DNA from: Eutreptiella sp. 'Long Island Sound 2002' | Taxonomy: Eukaryota > Protista > Euglenida | DNA: 64,000 nt | Assembly (NCBI GenBank): GCA_964036045.1 | Contig: OZ038379.1 | Location: 44,640,001 to 44,704,000, forward strand | Reading direction: 5' to 3' | Shown here: piece after piece, positions 38,005 to 49,212 of the stretch | Layout: each line of letters starts with the position of its first letter | Numbering within the stretch: the stretch's first letter is position 1 | The notes under the pieces: generated by a model | What the model was told of the DNA's origin: nothing | What the model saw: only the letters and a program-made list of their open reading frames with translations | Database searches by the model: none | Translations under genes and position numbers: made by a program

Positions 38005-38024
38005 CAACATTACAAGTTATAAGG

Positions 38025-38278
38025 GGCGGCACTCGACACCCGTAACGCAGCACACGGTGGTTGTAATTACCTTCCAGGAACAGTTGCACACAAAGGGACT
38101 TTTGTGCTGGCGGCCACCGTACCCTAGTCCTTGGCGCCGAACTCTTGTATTGACGGGCATTAGAACTGCAGGACACCTTCTTGCTCTGAGCGTCTACGAC
38201 TGCGGCCAAGGCGTCATTCATGGACTGGCCTCCCCTTGTGAGGAAGCGCTGCCTGACTGAAGACAGAACAATTATCAA
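38025..38278 (-). pseudogene. N-terminal portion of the pogo-like transposase
   Basis: RTRVRWPPAQKSLCVQLFLEGNYNHRVLRYGCRVPP resembles an N-terminal HTH. It lies immediately beyond the PLE, and the transposase continues (..EGLRTWAGKV) on the other side at ~31247. Confidence 0.55.
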
Positions 38279-38975
38279 TGTTATTGATCATTATTTTTAC
38301 TAACATCATTATGATTACTATTATGACCACAGAAGCTCAACAGACCACGATACAAAAGCCTCTGTTATGCTTTCCCGAATTTGACCAAAATTGGAACGCA
38401 TCTGCGCGGTTTTAGTTCCTTACCGCAGCGCTTCGTAACACATGGCGGTCTCTACATGCAGCAGTTCAACCTTTACGCTTTACGCTTACAAACTATTACC
38501 GGCCCCTGTAGTGTGCATAGTTACGTCTAACAAGCGTTGGCGTCTTTTAATGTATGTTAACAACAAGATGTGTAAATGCTCAATATTCTATGGTACGAGC
38601 GCAGACGTCTGCAATCACTTTTGAGAAAGCGAGATAGCCAAATGAAATTACATTGCATTTGTGCTAAACACCTTACCTTCGTGTGCTTGTTCATTCACGC
38701 AAATCCCGAACCTTGAGGCGCAACCTATCATCAACTCCTGACCAGGAGATTTCAGTCCGGGATGTACATCTTTGTTCACGTTGTCTTATTTCTTTTCTGC
38801 CAGCTCAATCTCCGATGATACAGGTACGTCTCTCCCGAAATCTTCCTTTTTGTCCCTAGTATCAACGTATTCACACCATTTAGATATTAAGGATGGCCCG
38901 GCCATTCTGAAATTATTGTTTTGGTGCATTCTGCTAAACCATACCATCAGTTCAGGTCAGTGCTTCCTTATGCAG

Positions 38976-39581
38976 TGTACGTCGTGATACGTCTAACGTT
39001 CAATCCGGTTCATTATGATATTCCGTGAGACGAAACAGCTATTCAACAAGACGTAAGTCACATTTTGTACATCTACCAGAACGTTATATGGGCCATCAGA
39101 TGTAAGAACCAATCTTAGTTGTTCCGCAAGAAGTATGCATGTATGGAAAACCAATTGTTTGATCGTTTCAAAAAATACTAATTTCTGAAGTTTTCAAAAA
39201 ACATCAATGCTCCCAAAAGCAAGTAGGCGTACAATAAAACAGCTGCCAATGTGCAGCAATTTAGTCCATCTCTAATTGAAGTAGCTCAATACTAACAACA
39301 CTACTGTGGAGGATTGTAAATAAATGAAGTACTAGGTATTTTAGGAGTTGTGCTATCATTTTGGCCTAACAACGTGTTGGAGTTATATGAAATATGGTGT
39401 TGATACTTACATCCAACGGAACAACTATGCGTGTTACTTATGTCTAATGGCCCCTATAATGTTCAGGGAGACGTAAAAGATTCTACTTACCTCTAGCGGA
39501 ATAAGTGTTACTTCTAGGAGAATATTATGACTGGACCAAATTTAACATTATAATGTTCCGCTAGACGTATCGCGACGTACA
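38976..39581. repeat. Diverged inverted repeat pair (arms 38976-39126 and 39417-39581)
   Basis: tgtacgtcgtgatacgtcta (38976) is the near reverse complement of tagacgtatcgcgacgtaca (ends 39581). Similarity continues inward through gaacgttatatgggccat and tagttgttccg. Confidence 0.7.
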
Positions 39582-42114
39582 TCGGTTCTCACCCAAGCTC
39601 GCATATTTATAGCTGAAAACCTTCCTGCGCTGGGAAGACAGCATGTTTGTATCGATAAGAAACACAGGGCTAGTTGAGGAGGGTACATATTGCTATCCGT
39701 TTCTAGTTGCATATGCTAAGGGCAAATGATCTCCAGTTCAAAAAAAAAAGCTTTGCATTAGTCAATACAGTCTTTCATACGAAGGATCGTGGTCACACAT
39801 CCAGTCCCGACAAAACCAAAGTGAGATCATTGAATCATTCAAATCGTGCATGACGAAAGTACAAGACATTGCATTCGGATGTCTGATCTTCATGTTTGCG
39901 AAATCAGGGTTCAAGATTTTTCGAATCAAAAAAAGCACAATTTATCGTTTTTGCACTTTTTCACCCTTTAGGGCAGGCTCGTATTTAAATCATTTTTTGT
40001 CTCAGACCAAATGATGAAAGAATATGCTAGGCTTGGTTGGGGGCTGTGTAGCGCCACAGCAGCCAAGCCTAGCCATGTAACATACACCAAACATGAGTGT
40101 TTATTTACAATTGCTGGTATTTTGAGATAACCATTGCTAAACGAATGAAAGCAGTTCCCATACTCCCATGCTGCCTTCACCTTGCCCACGGCCAGATACA
40201 AGCTTTCATCGTTAGGAATCGGCTTACTCTTTAACCAATCCTGATGGTTAACTTGAGCTATGTATGCGGTTTGAGGTTTGAGGTTTGACGTAACGGGTAG
40301 TAGACGTTCTTCGGCCCCGGGGGGCCACCTGGTCGGGCCAGGTGATATCCTCCCCACCGGGAACTCGTGGGGGGCCCTGCATGACACACCTCCTGCCTGG
40401 TAGGGGAGGCCCCCGGGTTCAGGGGGCTCGGAGATCTGTCCCTCCCCGGCTTCCCCTTTTCGCCACTCCCCGGTCAGTGCGTGATTCAAAGGACTTGGCC
40501 ACTACGCCGCCCCCCTGATGCGTGGTCGCCCGGGCTGCCGGCGCCGCCGGGCCCGTGCTACTGGCTTGTCGCCAGTGGGATCCCCATTGGCTGGCGCGGA
40601 GACTGCCTAGCCGTGGGGCTGGTACGTAGCACTGTGTGCTACTACTGCTTTGGTGGGTCCAGTGCCCTGGTCGTGTGTGCGCGGCGCTCGCTTCTGGCCT
40701 GGCGGGTCGTCACCGGAGCCGGTTCTTGCGTCTCCCCTTGGGCTCCTCCCTGCCCTCGCGTCCCTCGCGGTGCGTGTTGCGCGTTGTCCCGCCCGGGTGT
40801 CCCTTTCTTTTGGCCTGCCGGTACGCCATTTCATGCGGTCTCTGCGTTCCGCGGGCTCAGTCCGGTTGCCCTTCGGGTCCGCGCCGCCTTTCCGTTGCAT
40901 GTGTGTGCGGTAGTGCTCCCGCGGCGTACGTGCATTTTCTTCCCTCCTGGTTGGTCTGGCGCGGGCACAACGCGTGGTTTCGGTGCAGCGCGCCCGTAGG
41001 GCCGTTCTAGGCGGTTCGTGCCCCTCCGCGTTTCGTGCCGCGGTCCCGTGCTCCGCCTACTTAGCCCATGGCAGTGTGGCCCGGTCCCTTCGTCCCCTTG
41101 CCTTGCCTGGGGTCGTGCGCCCCCCTGCGGGCAGGCCTGCTTTTGTGTGCTGGCTTTGCGCGCTGTGGGGGCGGCACGAGGGCGCCCCAGGGGGGTGCCT
41201 CTCGCTCGGATGTGGGGCGTCCAGGGTCGGGCGCTCTCCCACGCCCGACCGCCCGTCCTTTGGCGCGTGCGGCCGGGGCCCACTACCCACTGGCTGTGGG
41301 TGCGGGGTTTGAGGTTTGAGGTTTGATTTTCCGGGTACTAGACGCTTTTCGGCCCCGGGGGGGCACCTGGTCGGGCCAGGTGATATCCTCCCCACCAGGT
41401 CCTAGTGGGGGGCCCTCAAAGACGCACCTCCTGCCTGTTGGCGGAGTATTCCGGGTTCACAGAGCTCGGAGCCCTGTCCTTCCCCGGCTTCCCCGTTTCG
41501 CCACTCCCCGGTCAGTGCATCAACTCGCAGCCGTGGCTGGGGGCGCTTACCCACTGCGTCGCCCCCCTAATGGGTGGTCGCCCGGGGCGCTGACGCCGCC
41601 GGGCCCGTGCTACTGGCTTGTCGCCAGTGGGACCCCCTTGGGCTGGCGCGGAGGCTGCCTAGCCTAGGGGTTGGGGCGTGGCGCTGTGCTCCACTACTGC
41701 CTTGGCGGGTGCAGTGCCCCGTCTGTGTGTGCGCGGTGCTCGCGGCCGGTTCGGGGGGTTCGGGCCGGTACCTGGTGTTGTGTCTCTCTCGTTTCCCCCT
41801 CCCCGCCCCGCGTGTTCCGCGCTGCGTGTGGCGGGCCGTCCTGTCCGGGTGTCCCTTACTGTCGCTCGCTGGTACGCCATTCCACGCGGTCTGTGCGTTC
41901 CGCGCGCTCGGTCCGGTAGCCCTTCTGGTAGTCCCCGCGTATCCCTTTCGTGTGTGTGCGCTCGCGCTCCTGCGGCGTCCGCTCTCCCCCCCCCTGGGTG
42001 GTGTGGCGTGCGCACCTCGCGTGGTCCCGGCACTGGGCGCTGGTAGGGCCGTTTCACGTGGTCCGTGCCCCTCCGCGTGTCCTGCCCCGGTCCCTTGCTC
42101 CGTCTGGCGTGCTT

Positions 42115-42715
42115 GGGGGGGGCGGTCCGGTCCCGGTACCCCCCTACTTGGCTTGGGGTTGTGGGGGTGGCGGTAGGGCGTCCCCGGGGGGGGTGCCTTC
42201 TACTGTTGCGAGGGGCGTCTGGGGTCAGGCGCTCCCCCTCCCCCGACTGCCCGCCCACTGGGCGGGCTGTCGGGGTCCGCGATCCACGTGTTGTGGGCGC
42301 GGGCGTGCGGGTGTGTGGGCCCTTCTCTGTCCCCTCGGCCTGCACGCCCTGTGGGGGCTGCGCGCCGCGGGGCGGGTCCGTGGCGTTCGTGTGCCGGGGG
42401 GCGGGCTGGGGGGGGGCGGTGCGGTCCCGGTTCCCCCCTAGTTGGCTTGGGGTTGTGGGGGTGGCGGTAGGGCGTCCCCGGGGGGGGTGCCTTCTACCGT
42501 TGCGAGAGGCGTCTGGGGTCACGCGCTCCCCCTCCCCCGACTGCCCGCCCACTGGGCGGGCTGTCGGGGTCCGCGATCCACGTGTTGTGGGCGCGGGCGT
42601 GCGGGTGTGGGGGCTCTTCTCTGTCCCCTCGGCCTGCACGCCCTGTGGGGGCTGCGCGCCGCGGGGCGGGTCTGTGGCGTTCGTGTGCCGGGGGGCGGGC
42701 TGGGGGGGGGGGGGG
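42115..42715. repeat. Two tandem copies of a ~300-bp GC-rich unit
   Basis: The block ttggcttggggttgtgggggtggcggtagggcgtccccggggggggg..ctgcgcgccgcggggcggg occurs twice about 300 bp apart. Confidence 0.9.
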
Positions 42716-43169
42716 TGCGCCGTACCCCCCGTTTGTGCGACCGGGTGGGGGCCTGTAGGGCGGGGGGTCGCTCTGCCTCGTTCCGTCCCTCTGCCTTCCG
42801 TGGGCAGGCAACAAAGCGGGTGTCACTGGCGTTGTGCTGTCCATCGGGGGCGTGGCACCCCATACCACTCCAATTCATGCTCACCAGGCTTCTCTGGGTG
42901 CGATCTGTGCGGCGTCCTAGCGCGTTGGCGCGGGCTCGCTTGTTCTCTGCGGCCCCCGTGGGAGCCGTCGGCTGGGGCGGGGGGGCGGGTCGTGCTCCGG
43001 CTCCTCTCTCGGGCGGGGGGGGGGGCATCCCCCCTGCCTCGGGGGGTGGGGGCCGGGGCCCGCTCTGCTCGCGGGCCGGTGGGAAGGTGGGGGGGGGGGT
43101 GTTGCGCCGCGGCCTCCCTGCTCCCCTTCTGGGCGGGTGCCTGCGGTACTCAATCCTGTTGGTGCGGGG

Positions 43170-44640
43170 AGTGCGGGCGTGGGGACCCGTAACCAACCCC
43201 ACTGCGCGCGCTCTTGCGAGCTGGCTTGGGGCGCTGTGGGGGCAGCACGAGGGCGCCCAGGGGAGGCGCCTCTTGCCTCAGTGTGGGGCGTCCCGGGTCG
43301 GGAGCTCTCCCACCCTCAACCGCCCGTCCTTTGATGCGTGCGGCCGGGGCCCACTACGCACTGGCTGTGGGTGCGGTGGGTGTCGGCGTGGTGACCTGTC
43401 ACCAACCCGACAGCGCGCGGTTTTGGGAGATGGCTTTGCGTGCTGTGGAGGTTGCAAGAGGGTGCCTGGGGGTCGGCGCCTCTTGCCTGGGTGTGGGGCG
43501 TCCAGGGTTGCGCGCTCCTCCACGCCCCGACCGCCCGTCCTCTGGGGCGTGTGGCCGGGGCCCACTACCAACTAGCTGTGGATGCGGGTGGTGCGGCGTG
43601 CGGACCCCTCACCGACCCCCACCGCGCGCGCTCTTACGAGCTAGCTTTGCGCACTATGGGGGCGACACGAGGGCGCCCGGGGGAGCTTTTCTTGCCTTGG
43701 TGTGGGGCATCCGGGGTCGGGCGCTCTGCCACCCTGACCGCCCGTCCATTGGGGCGTGCGGCAGGGGCCCACTACCTACTGGCTGTGGGTGCGTGGCTTG
43801 CGGGCATTGGGACCCGTCAACAACCCCACAGCGCGCGCTCTGGCGAGCTGGCTTTCCGCGCTGTGGAGGCGGCATGAGGGCGCGCCGGGGGGGGGGGGGG
43901 CGCTCCCTGCCTTGGTGTGGCGCGTCCGGGGTCGGGCGGCCTCCCACCCCGAACCGCCCATTCTTTGGGGCGTGCGGCCGGGGCCCACGACCCACTGGCT
44001 GTGGGTGCGGGGGGTGTGGGCATGGGGACCCGTCACCAACCCCACAGCGCGTGCTCTTGCGAGCTGGCTTTGCGCGCTGTGGGGGCGGCACGAGGGCGCC
44101 CAGGGGGGGCACATATTGCCTGGCTGTGGGGCGTCCGGGGTTGGGCGCTCTTCCACGCCCGATCACTCGTCTCTTGGGGCCTGTGGCCGGGGCCCACTAC
44201 CCACTGGCTGTTGGTGCGGGGCTTGCGGGCGTGGGGACCTGTCACCAACGCGACAGCGCGCGCTCTTGCGAGCTGGCTTTGCGCGCTGTGGAGGCGGCAC
44301 GAGGGCGCCCGGGGGAAGCACCTCCTGCCTGGGTGTGGGGCGTCTGGGGTCGGGAACCCGCCCACCCCCGACCGCCCGTCCTTAGGGGCGTGCGGCCGGG
44401 GCACACTACCCACTGGTGTGTGGTTGCGGGGTTGCGGGCGTGGGAACCCGTCACCAACCCCACAGTGCGCGCTCCTGCGAGCGGGCTTTCCGCGCTTTGA
44501 GGGCGGCACGAGGGCGCCCGGGGGGGGCGCCTTTTGCCTGGGTGTGGGGCGTCCGGGGTTGGGCGCTCCCCCAGCCCCGACCGCCCGTCCCCTGGGGCGT
44601 GCGGCCGGGGCCCACTACCCACTGGCTTTGGGTGCGGTGT
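43170..44640. repeat. ~210-bp tandem array, about 7 diverged copies
   Basis: Motif (c)acgagggcgcc recurs at about 43248, 43458, 43669, 43876, 44091, 44301 and 44509. One further copy lies at ~41140-41305. Confidence 0.88.
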
Positions 44641-46167
44641 GCGGGCGTGGGGGCCCGGCTGTCCTTGGCACCTTCTCCCGTGCCGTGGTTCCTCATGTGT
44701 TGTGCGCGCTTCCGGGGTTTGCGGCACCTGGTGGCCGTTGTGGCTTGGCACCTGTCCTCGTGCTGTGGTTGTGGCCGGCGGCACGCCTCTCTGGCGTGCC
44801 TCGTGGCCGCGCATTGGTGCGCCGCGCCTCGTCTGGTCCGGTCGCTCTCGGTGCTTTGGTCGGCTTTTCCGTCGCCGTGGTGCCCTCTCCAACCCCGGGG
44901 GCTGTCGCCCCCGGCTCTACTGGGTGGCTGTCTGGGGCACGTGGAGCTGGCCAAGAACGGGGCCTGCTGCTGGCCCCTGCAGAGGCAAGGGCGAGGTAGG
45001 TAGGCAGGTGCACTCGGTCGTGGAGAGGGGCCCCATGGTTCCCCCTGGCGTCGCCCCTGTGACGAACAGGAAGAGGCTCCGCGCGTGAAGAGGGGAGGCG
45101 GCTTACATCCCGCTAGACCTGACTTTTGGCCCCCAACAAAGCGGCCCCGGGCTACACCGGGAGGGCTGATCGCCGCCAGCGTGACGTGCTTGTCTCGCCG
45201 GGAGGGTGGGCCCCCGTGCTTGCGCATGTCCCCTCCTTTGGGCGGAACCCTAGGGGTTCACCGGACTTCCTGGCGTATCCCGTTCCCAAGGCATGCATGC
45301 ATGTTCTTGGTACTAGGGTTCCGAGGCGCTTGGGTGTCGCACGCTCCGCCTCGAGTCCCAAAGCAGCGCAGGCCTTAGGATGCAGCCTTACCCCCGGGCT
45401 CCGGATCTCGTTTGGCCGGGTCACCTGCATGGCTCGGGCTGCCTCAGTGCCCGGGCTGTGGGCACTGGGTTTCCTACTGTTGGCTTGCGTTTGTGGTTGG
45501 GTCCCGGTCGCGGTTGGTCGTGGGTTTTGTTTACCCCTGCCCGTTGTGGCTGGGGTCTTGGGTGTGTTTGGGCTCGGTTTGTGGTGTTGTCCCTCTTTTG
45601 CCGCCTCCTTGTGGTGTTCGTGGGTGGGCTTTGGTGTCGGCCTGCTTTCGGGACCGTTGTGGTTTCGTGCGCGTTTCTCTTGCCCCCCGCCGTTTCTGGT
45701 TCCGGTGTGCGGTGTGGGCGTGCGTGCTGGGCCCGGGTCTCGGCTTTGCCCCGCCCTTCTTGGCTGGGTTCCCGGGTTGGGTTTTTTGCGCTTTTTTTTT
45801 TTTTTTTCCCGTTCCTGGGTGTCCCTGTCCCGGGCCTTTTGGTCTCTTCCCCCGTCTCCTTTCTTTCGGGCTGGGCTGCTGGCTTTTTTTTTTTTTTTGT
45901 CTGCTTGCTTCGGTGCCCCTTTTCCCGGTGGGCCGCTGTTCCTGGCTTGGTGTTGCCGGTTTTGGCTGGGTGGTCCCCCTGTGCCTCTTTGGGGTCCTGT
46001 CTTCGGTGCCCTTTAACTGGGGGGGTTGGCCCCCTTCTGTGTTGTTGGCGGGTGGTTTGGTGGCTGTGGGCTGTTTTCGCGCGGCCCCCCCTTTTTTTTG
46101 GGGGGGGGAGGGGGGGGGCACGCCTGGCTGTTCCTCCCTTTGCCTTTCCTTCTGGCGCTTGCTCTGT

Positions 46168-46761
46168 GGCTGGTGTGTGGTGTGGTTGGTCCCTCGCCAC
46201 TCCTGGCGGAGGTTCCTGTGTGCTACTCCCCGCCACTCCTGGCTGGGTTTCGCTGCCGGTGTTGGTGGGCGGTCCCCGCCACTCCTGGCTGGGGTCTGCC
46301 GGCGGCGGTGGTGTGTGGTGTGTGGCGGTGGTGTGTTGGTGGGGTTGTGGCTGGTGTGTGGTGTGGTTGGTCCCTCGCCACTCCTGGCGGAGGTTCCTGT
46401 GTGCTACTCCCCGCCACTCCTGGCTGGGTTTCGCTGCCGCTGGTGGTGGGCGGTCCCCGCCACTCCTGGCTGGGGTCCGTTGGCGGCGTTGCTGTGTGGT
46501 GTGTGGTGTGTGGCGGTGGTGTGTTGGTGGGGTTGTAGCTGGTGTGTGGTGTGGTTGGTCCCTCGCCACTCCTGGCGGTGGTTCCTGTGTGCTACTCCCC
46601 GCCACTCCTGGCTGGGTTTCGCTGTCGGTGGTGGTTGGCGGTCCCCGCCACTCCTGGCTGGGGTCCGCTTGCGGCGGTGGTGTGTGGTGTGTGGTGTGTG
46701 GCGGTGGTGTGTTGGTGGGGTTGTGGCTGGTGTGTGGTGTGGTTGGTCCCTCGCCACTCCT
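46168..46761. repeat. 181-188-bp tandem array, about 3.2 copies, with internal CGCCACTCCTGGC sub-repeats
   Basis: ccctcgccactcctg starts at 46191, 46372, 46560 and 46748. Confidence 0.92.
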
Positions 46762-47250
46762 GAGGCAAGGGCGAGCTATGTATGCGTTTGAAAAATTTGC
46801 TTCTACTTACGAAGGTTACAAAGGTTTCCTTTGCAAAAAAAGGGTTCTTTGCTAGGACTCAACTTTGGTGTATTTGCAAGATCGCCCCAGCATACGCATA
46901 AGTAGGCTACAAATCTTTCTAATCTTGCTGCATGCTTTTTGAACATCGCCTCTGTCTGCATAACCGTAGCCCTCCGCTTATGAACGGCACCAAAACACTG
47001 CGGTCTTGCTTTATGACGCTTGCCTTCCCCTGTGCGCCCTTGTGTCTATTAATTTCAGACTGGCCGTCCCTGCCCCGTAAAGGTCTGCACGACATGCGCG
47101 CAAAGTGCCCAAAAAGGCTTTTCTTGCAGCAGAGGATTCAAATTTCTTTGCATAGACAAATGCGTAATTTCAAGGCAGGTCTACCATTGTACATACTCGC
47201 TGGGTATTGTCACAACTTGGGCTGTGTAACTGATGCCGTGAGTGCCAACC

Positions 47251-48220
47251 AGCCTTACCCCCGGGCTCCGGATCTCGTTTGGCCGGGTCACCTGCATGGC
47301 TCGGGCTGCCTCAGTGCCCGGGCTGTGGGCACTGGGTTTCCTACTGTTGGCTTGCGTTTGTGGTTGGGTCCCGGTTGCGGTTGGTCGTGGGTTTTGTTTA
47401 CCCCTGCCCGTTGTGGCTGGGGTCTTGGGTGGGTGTGTTTGGGCTCGGTTTGTGGTGTTGTCCCTCTTTTGCCGGCTGTTTGTGGTGTTCCCGGGTGGGC
47501 TTTGGTGTCGGCCTGCTTTCGAGACCTGTGTGGTTTCGTGCGCGTTTCTCTTGCCCCCCGCCGTTTCCGGTTCCGGTGTGCGGTGTGGGCGTGCGTGCTG
47601 GGCCCAGGTCTCAGCTTTGCCCCGCCATTCTTGGCTGGGTTGTCGGGTTGTGTTTTTTGCGCCCTTTTTTTTTTCCCGTTGCTGGGTGTCCCTGTCCCGG
47701 GCCTTGTGGTCTCTCCCCCCGTCTCCTTTCTTTCGGGCTGGGCTGCTGGCTTTTTTTTTTTTTGTGTGTCTGCTTGCTTCGGTGCCCCTTTTCCCGGTGG
47801 GCCGCTGTTCCTGGCTTGGTGTTGCCGGTTTTGGCTGGGTGGTCCCCCTGTGCCTCTTTGGGGTCCTGTCTTCGGTGCCCTTTTACTGGGGGGTTTGGCC
47901 CCCTTCTGTGTTGTTGGCGGGTGGTTTGGTGGCTGTGGGCTGTTTCCGCGCGCCCCCCCCCCTTTTTTTTGGGGGGGGGGGGCACGCCTGGCTGTTCCTC
48001 CCTTTGCCTTTCTTTCTGGCGCTTGCTCTGTGGCTGGTGTGTGGTGTGGTTGGTCCCTCGCCACTCCTGGCGGAGGTTCCTGTGTGCTACTCCCCGCCGG
48101 TCCTGGCTGGGTTTCCCTGCCGGTGTTGGTGGGCGGTCCCCGCCACTCCTGGCTGGGGTCTGCCGGCGGCGGTGGTGTGTGGTGTGTGGCGGTGGTGTGT
48201 TGGTGGGGTTGTGGCTGGTG
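47251..48220 (-). repeat. Dispersed ~970-bp copy of 45381-46360
   Basis: Near-identical from cagccttacccccgggctccgg through one 181-bp unit. No TSD seen. Confidence 0.9.
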
Positions 48221-48379
48221 TATCTAAGCATTGCCAGAACCACATGTACCGACATGTTGATAGCGTCGGTCGATGGCGCCCTTGTGTCGCACGCCATTAT
48301 CTCAATGTAGTGCACCACAGTTTGGAGGTCGGTTTGGGCGTGAGGTGTTGCCGTCTGTTTGGGCATGGGTGCAAAATGA

Positions 48380-48725
48380 CCCCATGTGTGGAGCCATGAG
48401 TGTATAATGTAGCCATCAGTGAGTACCAGCATGAGTGTAAAATGTAGCCTTGAGTGTAGCCGTGTGCATAAATTGTAGATCTAAGTGTGGTCATGAGTGC
48501 AAAATGTAGCCCAGTGTGCGACCATGAGTGCAAAGGGTAGCCATGATTTTATTCTCGGTGCAACATGTAGCCATGGGTGTCATTGAATGCTAGGACCGAA
48601 TTGTCTAGGCGCGTATTTGCACAGGCAATATAGCCCTGAGTGTAGCCATGTGTGTTACAACGTAGCCATGAGTGTAGCGATGAGTATAAATGTAGCCCTA
48701 CATGCAGCGAAGGCTGTGAAATTTA
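48380..48725. repeat. Degenerate TGTAGCCATGAG-type minisatellite
   Basis: Many variants of tgtagcc(a/t)tgagtg. Confidence 0.75.
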
Positions 48726-48735
48726 GCCTTGATAG

Positions 48736-48751
48736 TAGGTAGGTAGGTAGG
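48736..48751 (-). repeat. (TAGG)4, probable 3' tail of a minus-strand retroelement
   Basis: Marks an abrupt switch from the minisatellite to GC-rich sequence. The same tetramer occurs at 44996-45008. Confidence 0.55.
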
Positions 48752-49212
48752 TCATGTTGGGACTGGGGTTGCCCCCCAGGGGAGTCTTACCAAGGGGCTT
48801 TTGCTCACCCACCCACGGCCCTACTTCACCCACAAAGCGGCTCCCCCATATTTTGGAAAAAGGGCACGGTCGCCGCGAGCATTACCCTACGGCGGGTTCT
48901 GTGCAGATAGGTAACCCATGTTCGACCAAAGTCTCACATTCCTCTCCTTCTGGCTGATGATACGTGGGGGAGGGTCCCATCGCACATCCTCATCAACTTT
49001 CAGATTCTGGGGCCCAGGGGCCCGGAGCCAGGCGAAAGGCCCTGTCCTGCAGGCACCCCCACCTGGGTTCAGTTTCAGTAGGCGTGAGACGACTTGAAGA
49101 AGCACGTGCTACGGAAATCGCATGCCATGACACGTGCTCACACCTCCTGACTGGGTTGAGCTTGCGCTCTCCCGGGGGGCCGGGGGCTTGGTGCTGTTTG
49201 TCAATGTTAGTT

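Larger units (their letters stand above)
31248..38020 (-). mobile_element. Penelope-like element (PLE) with N-terminal GIY-YIG, partial-tandem pseudo-LTR structure and an extra ORF1
   Basis: PLE-type RT and GIY-YIG motifs. The 3' ~1.17 kb (31243-32415) is repeated upstream in direct orientation (36804-38004), the classic PLE partial tandem. Confidence 0.88.
40269..46772 (-). mobile_element. 6.5 kb GC-rich non-coding composite retroposon
   Basis: Flanked by direct repeat GAGCTATGTATGCG (40255-40268 and 46773-46786). (GGTTTGA)n tail at 40269-40288, with internal tails at ~41306-41326 and 44996-45008. No RT or endonuclease motif recognised. Confidence 0.8.

Noticed and set aside
25820-38370. 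Terminal inverted repeats of the pogo-like element (taacag at ~25828 and ctgtta at ~38365)
   Set aside because: Only a 6-bp match, which is not enough to define ends.
40269-40288. Telomere or interstitial telomeric repeat (GGTTTGA)n
   Set aside because: Only about three units, present twice at module ends inside a TSD-bounded insertion, so better explained as retroposon tails.
46168-46761. CRISPR-like recurrence of CGCCACTCCTGGC
   Set aside because: The intervening sequences are themselves repeated with the 181-188-bp period, there are no unique spacers or cas genes, and the context is eukaryotic.
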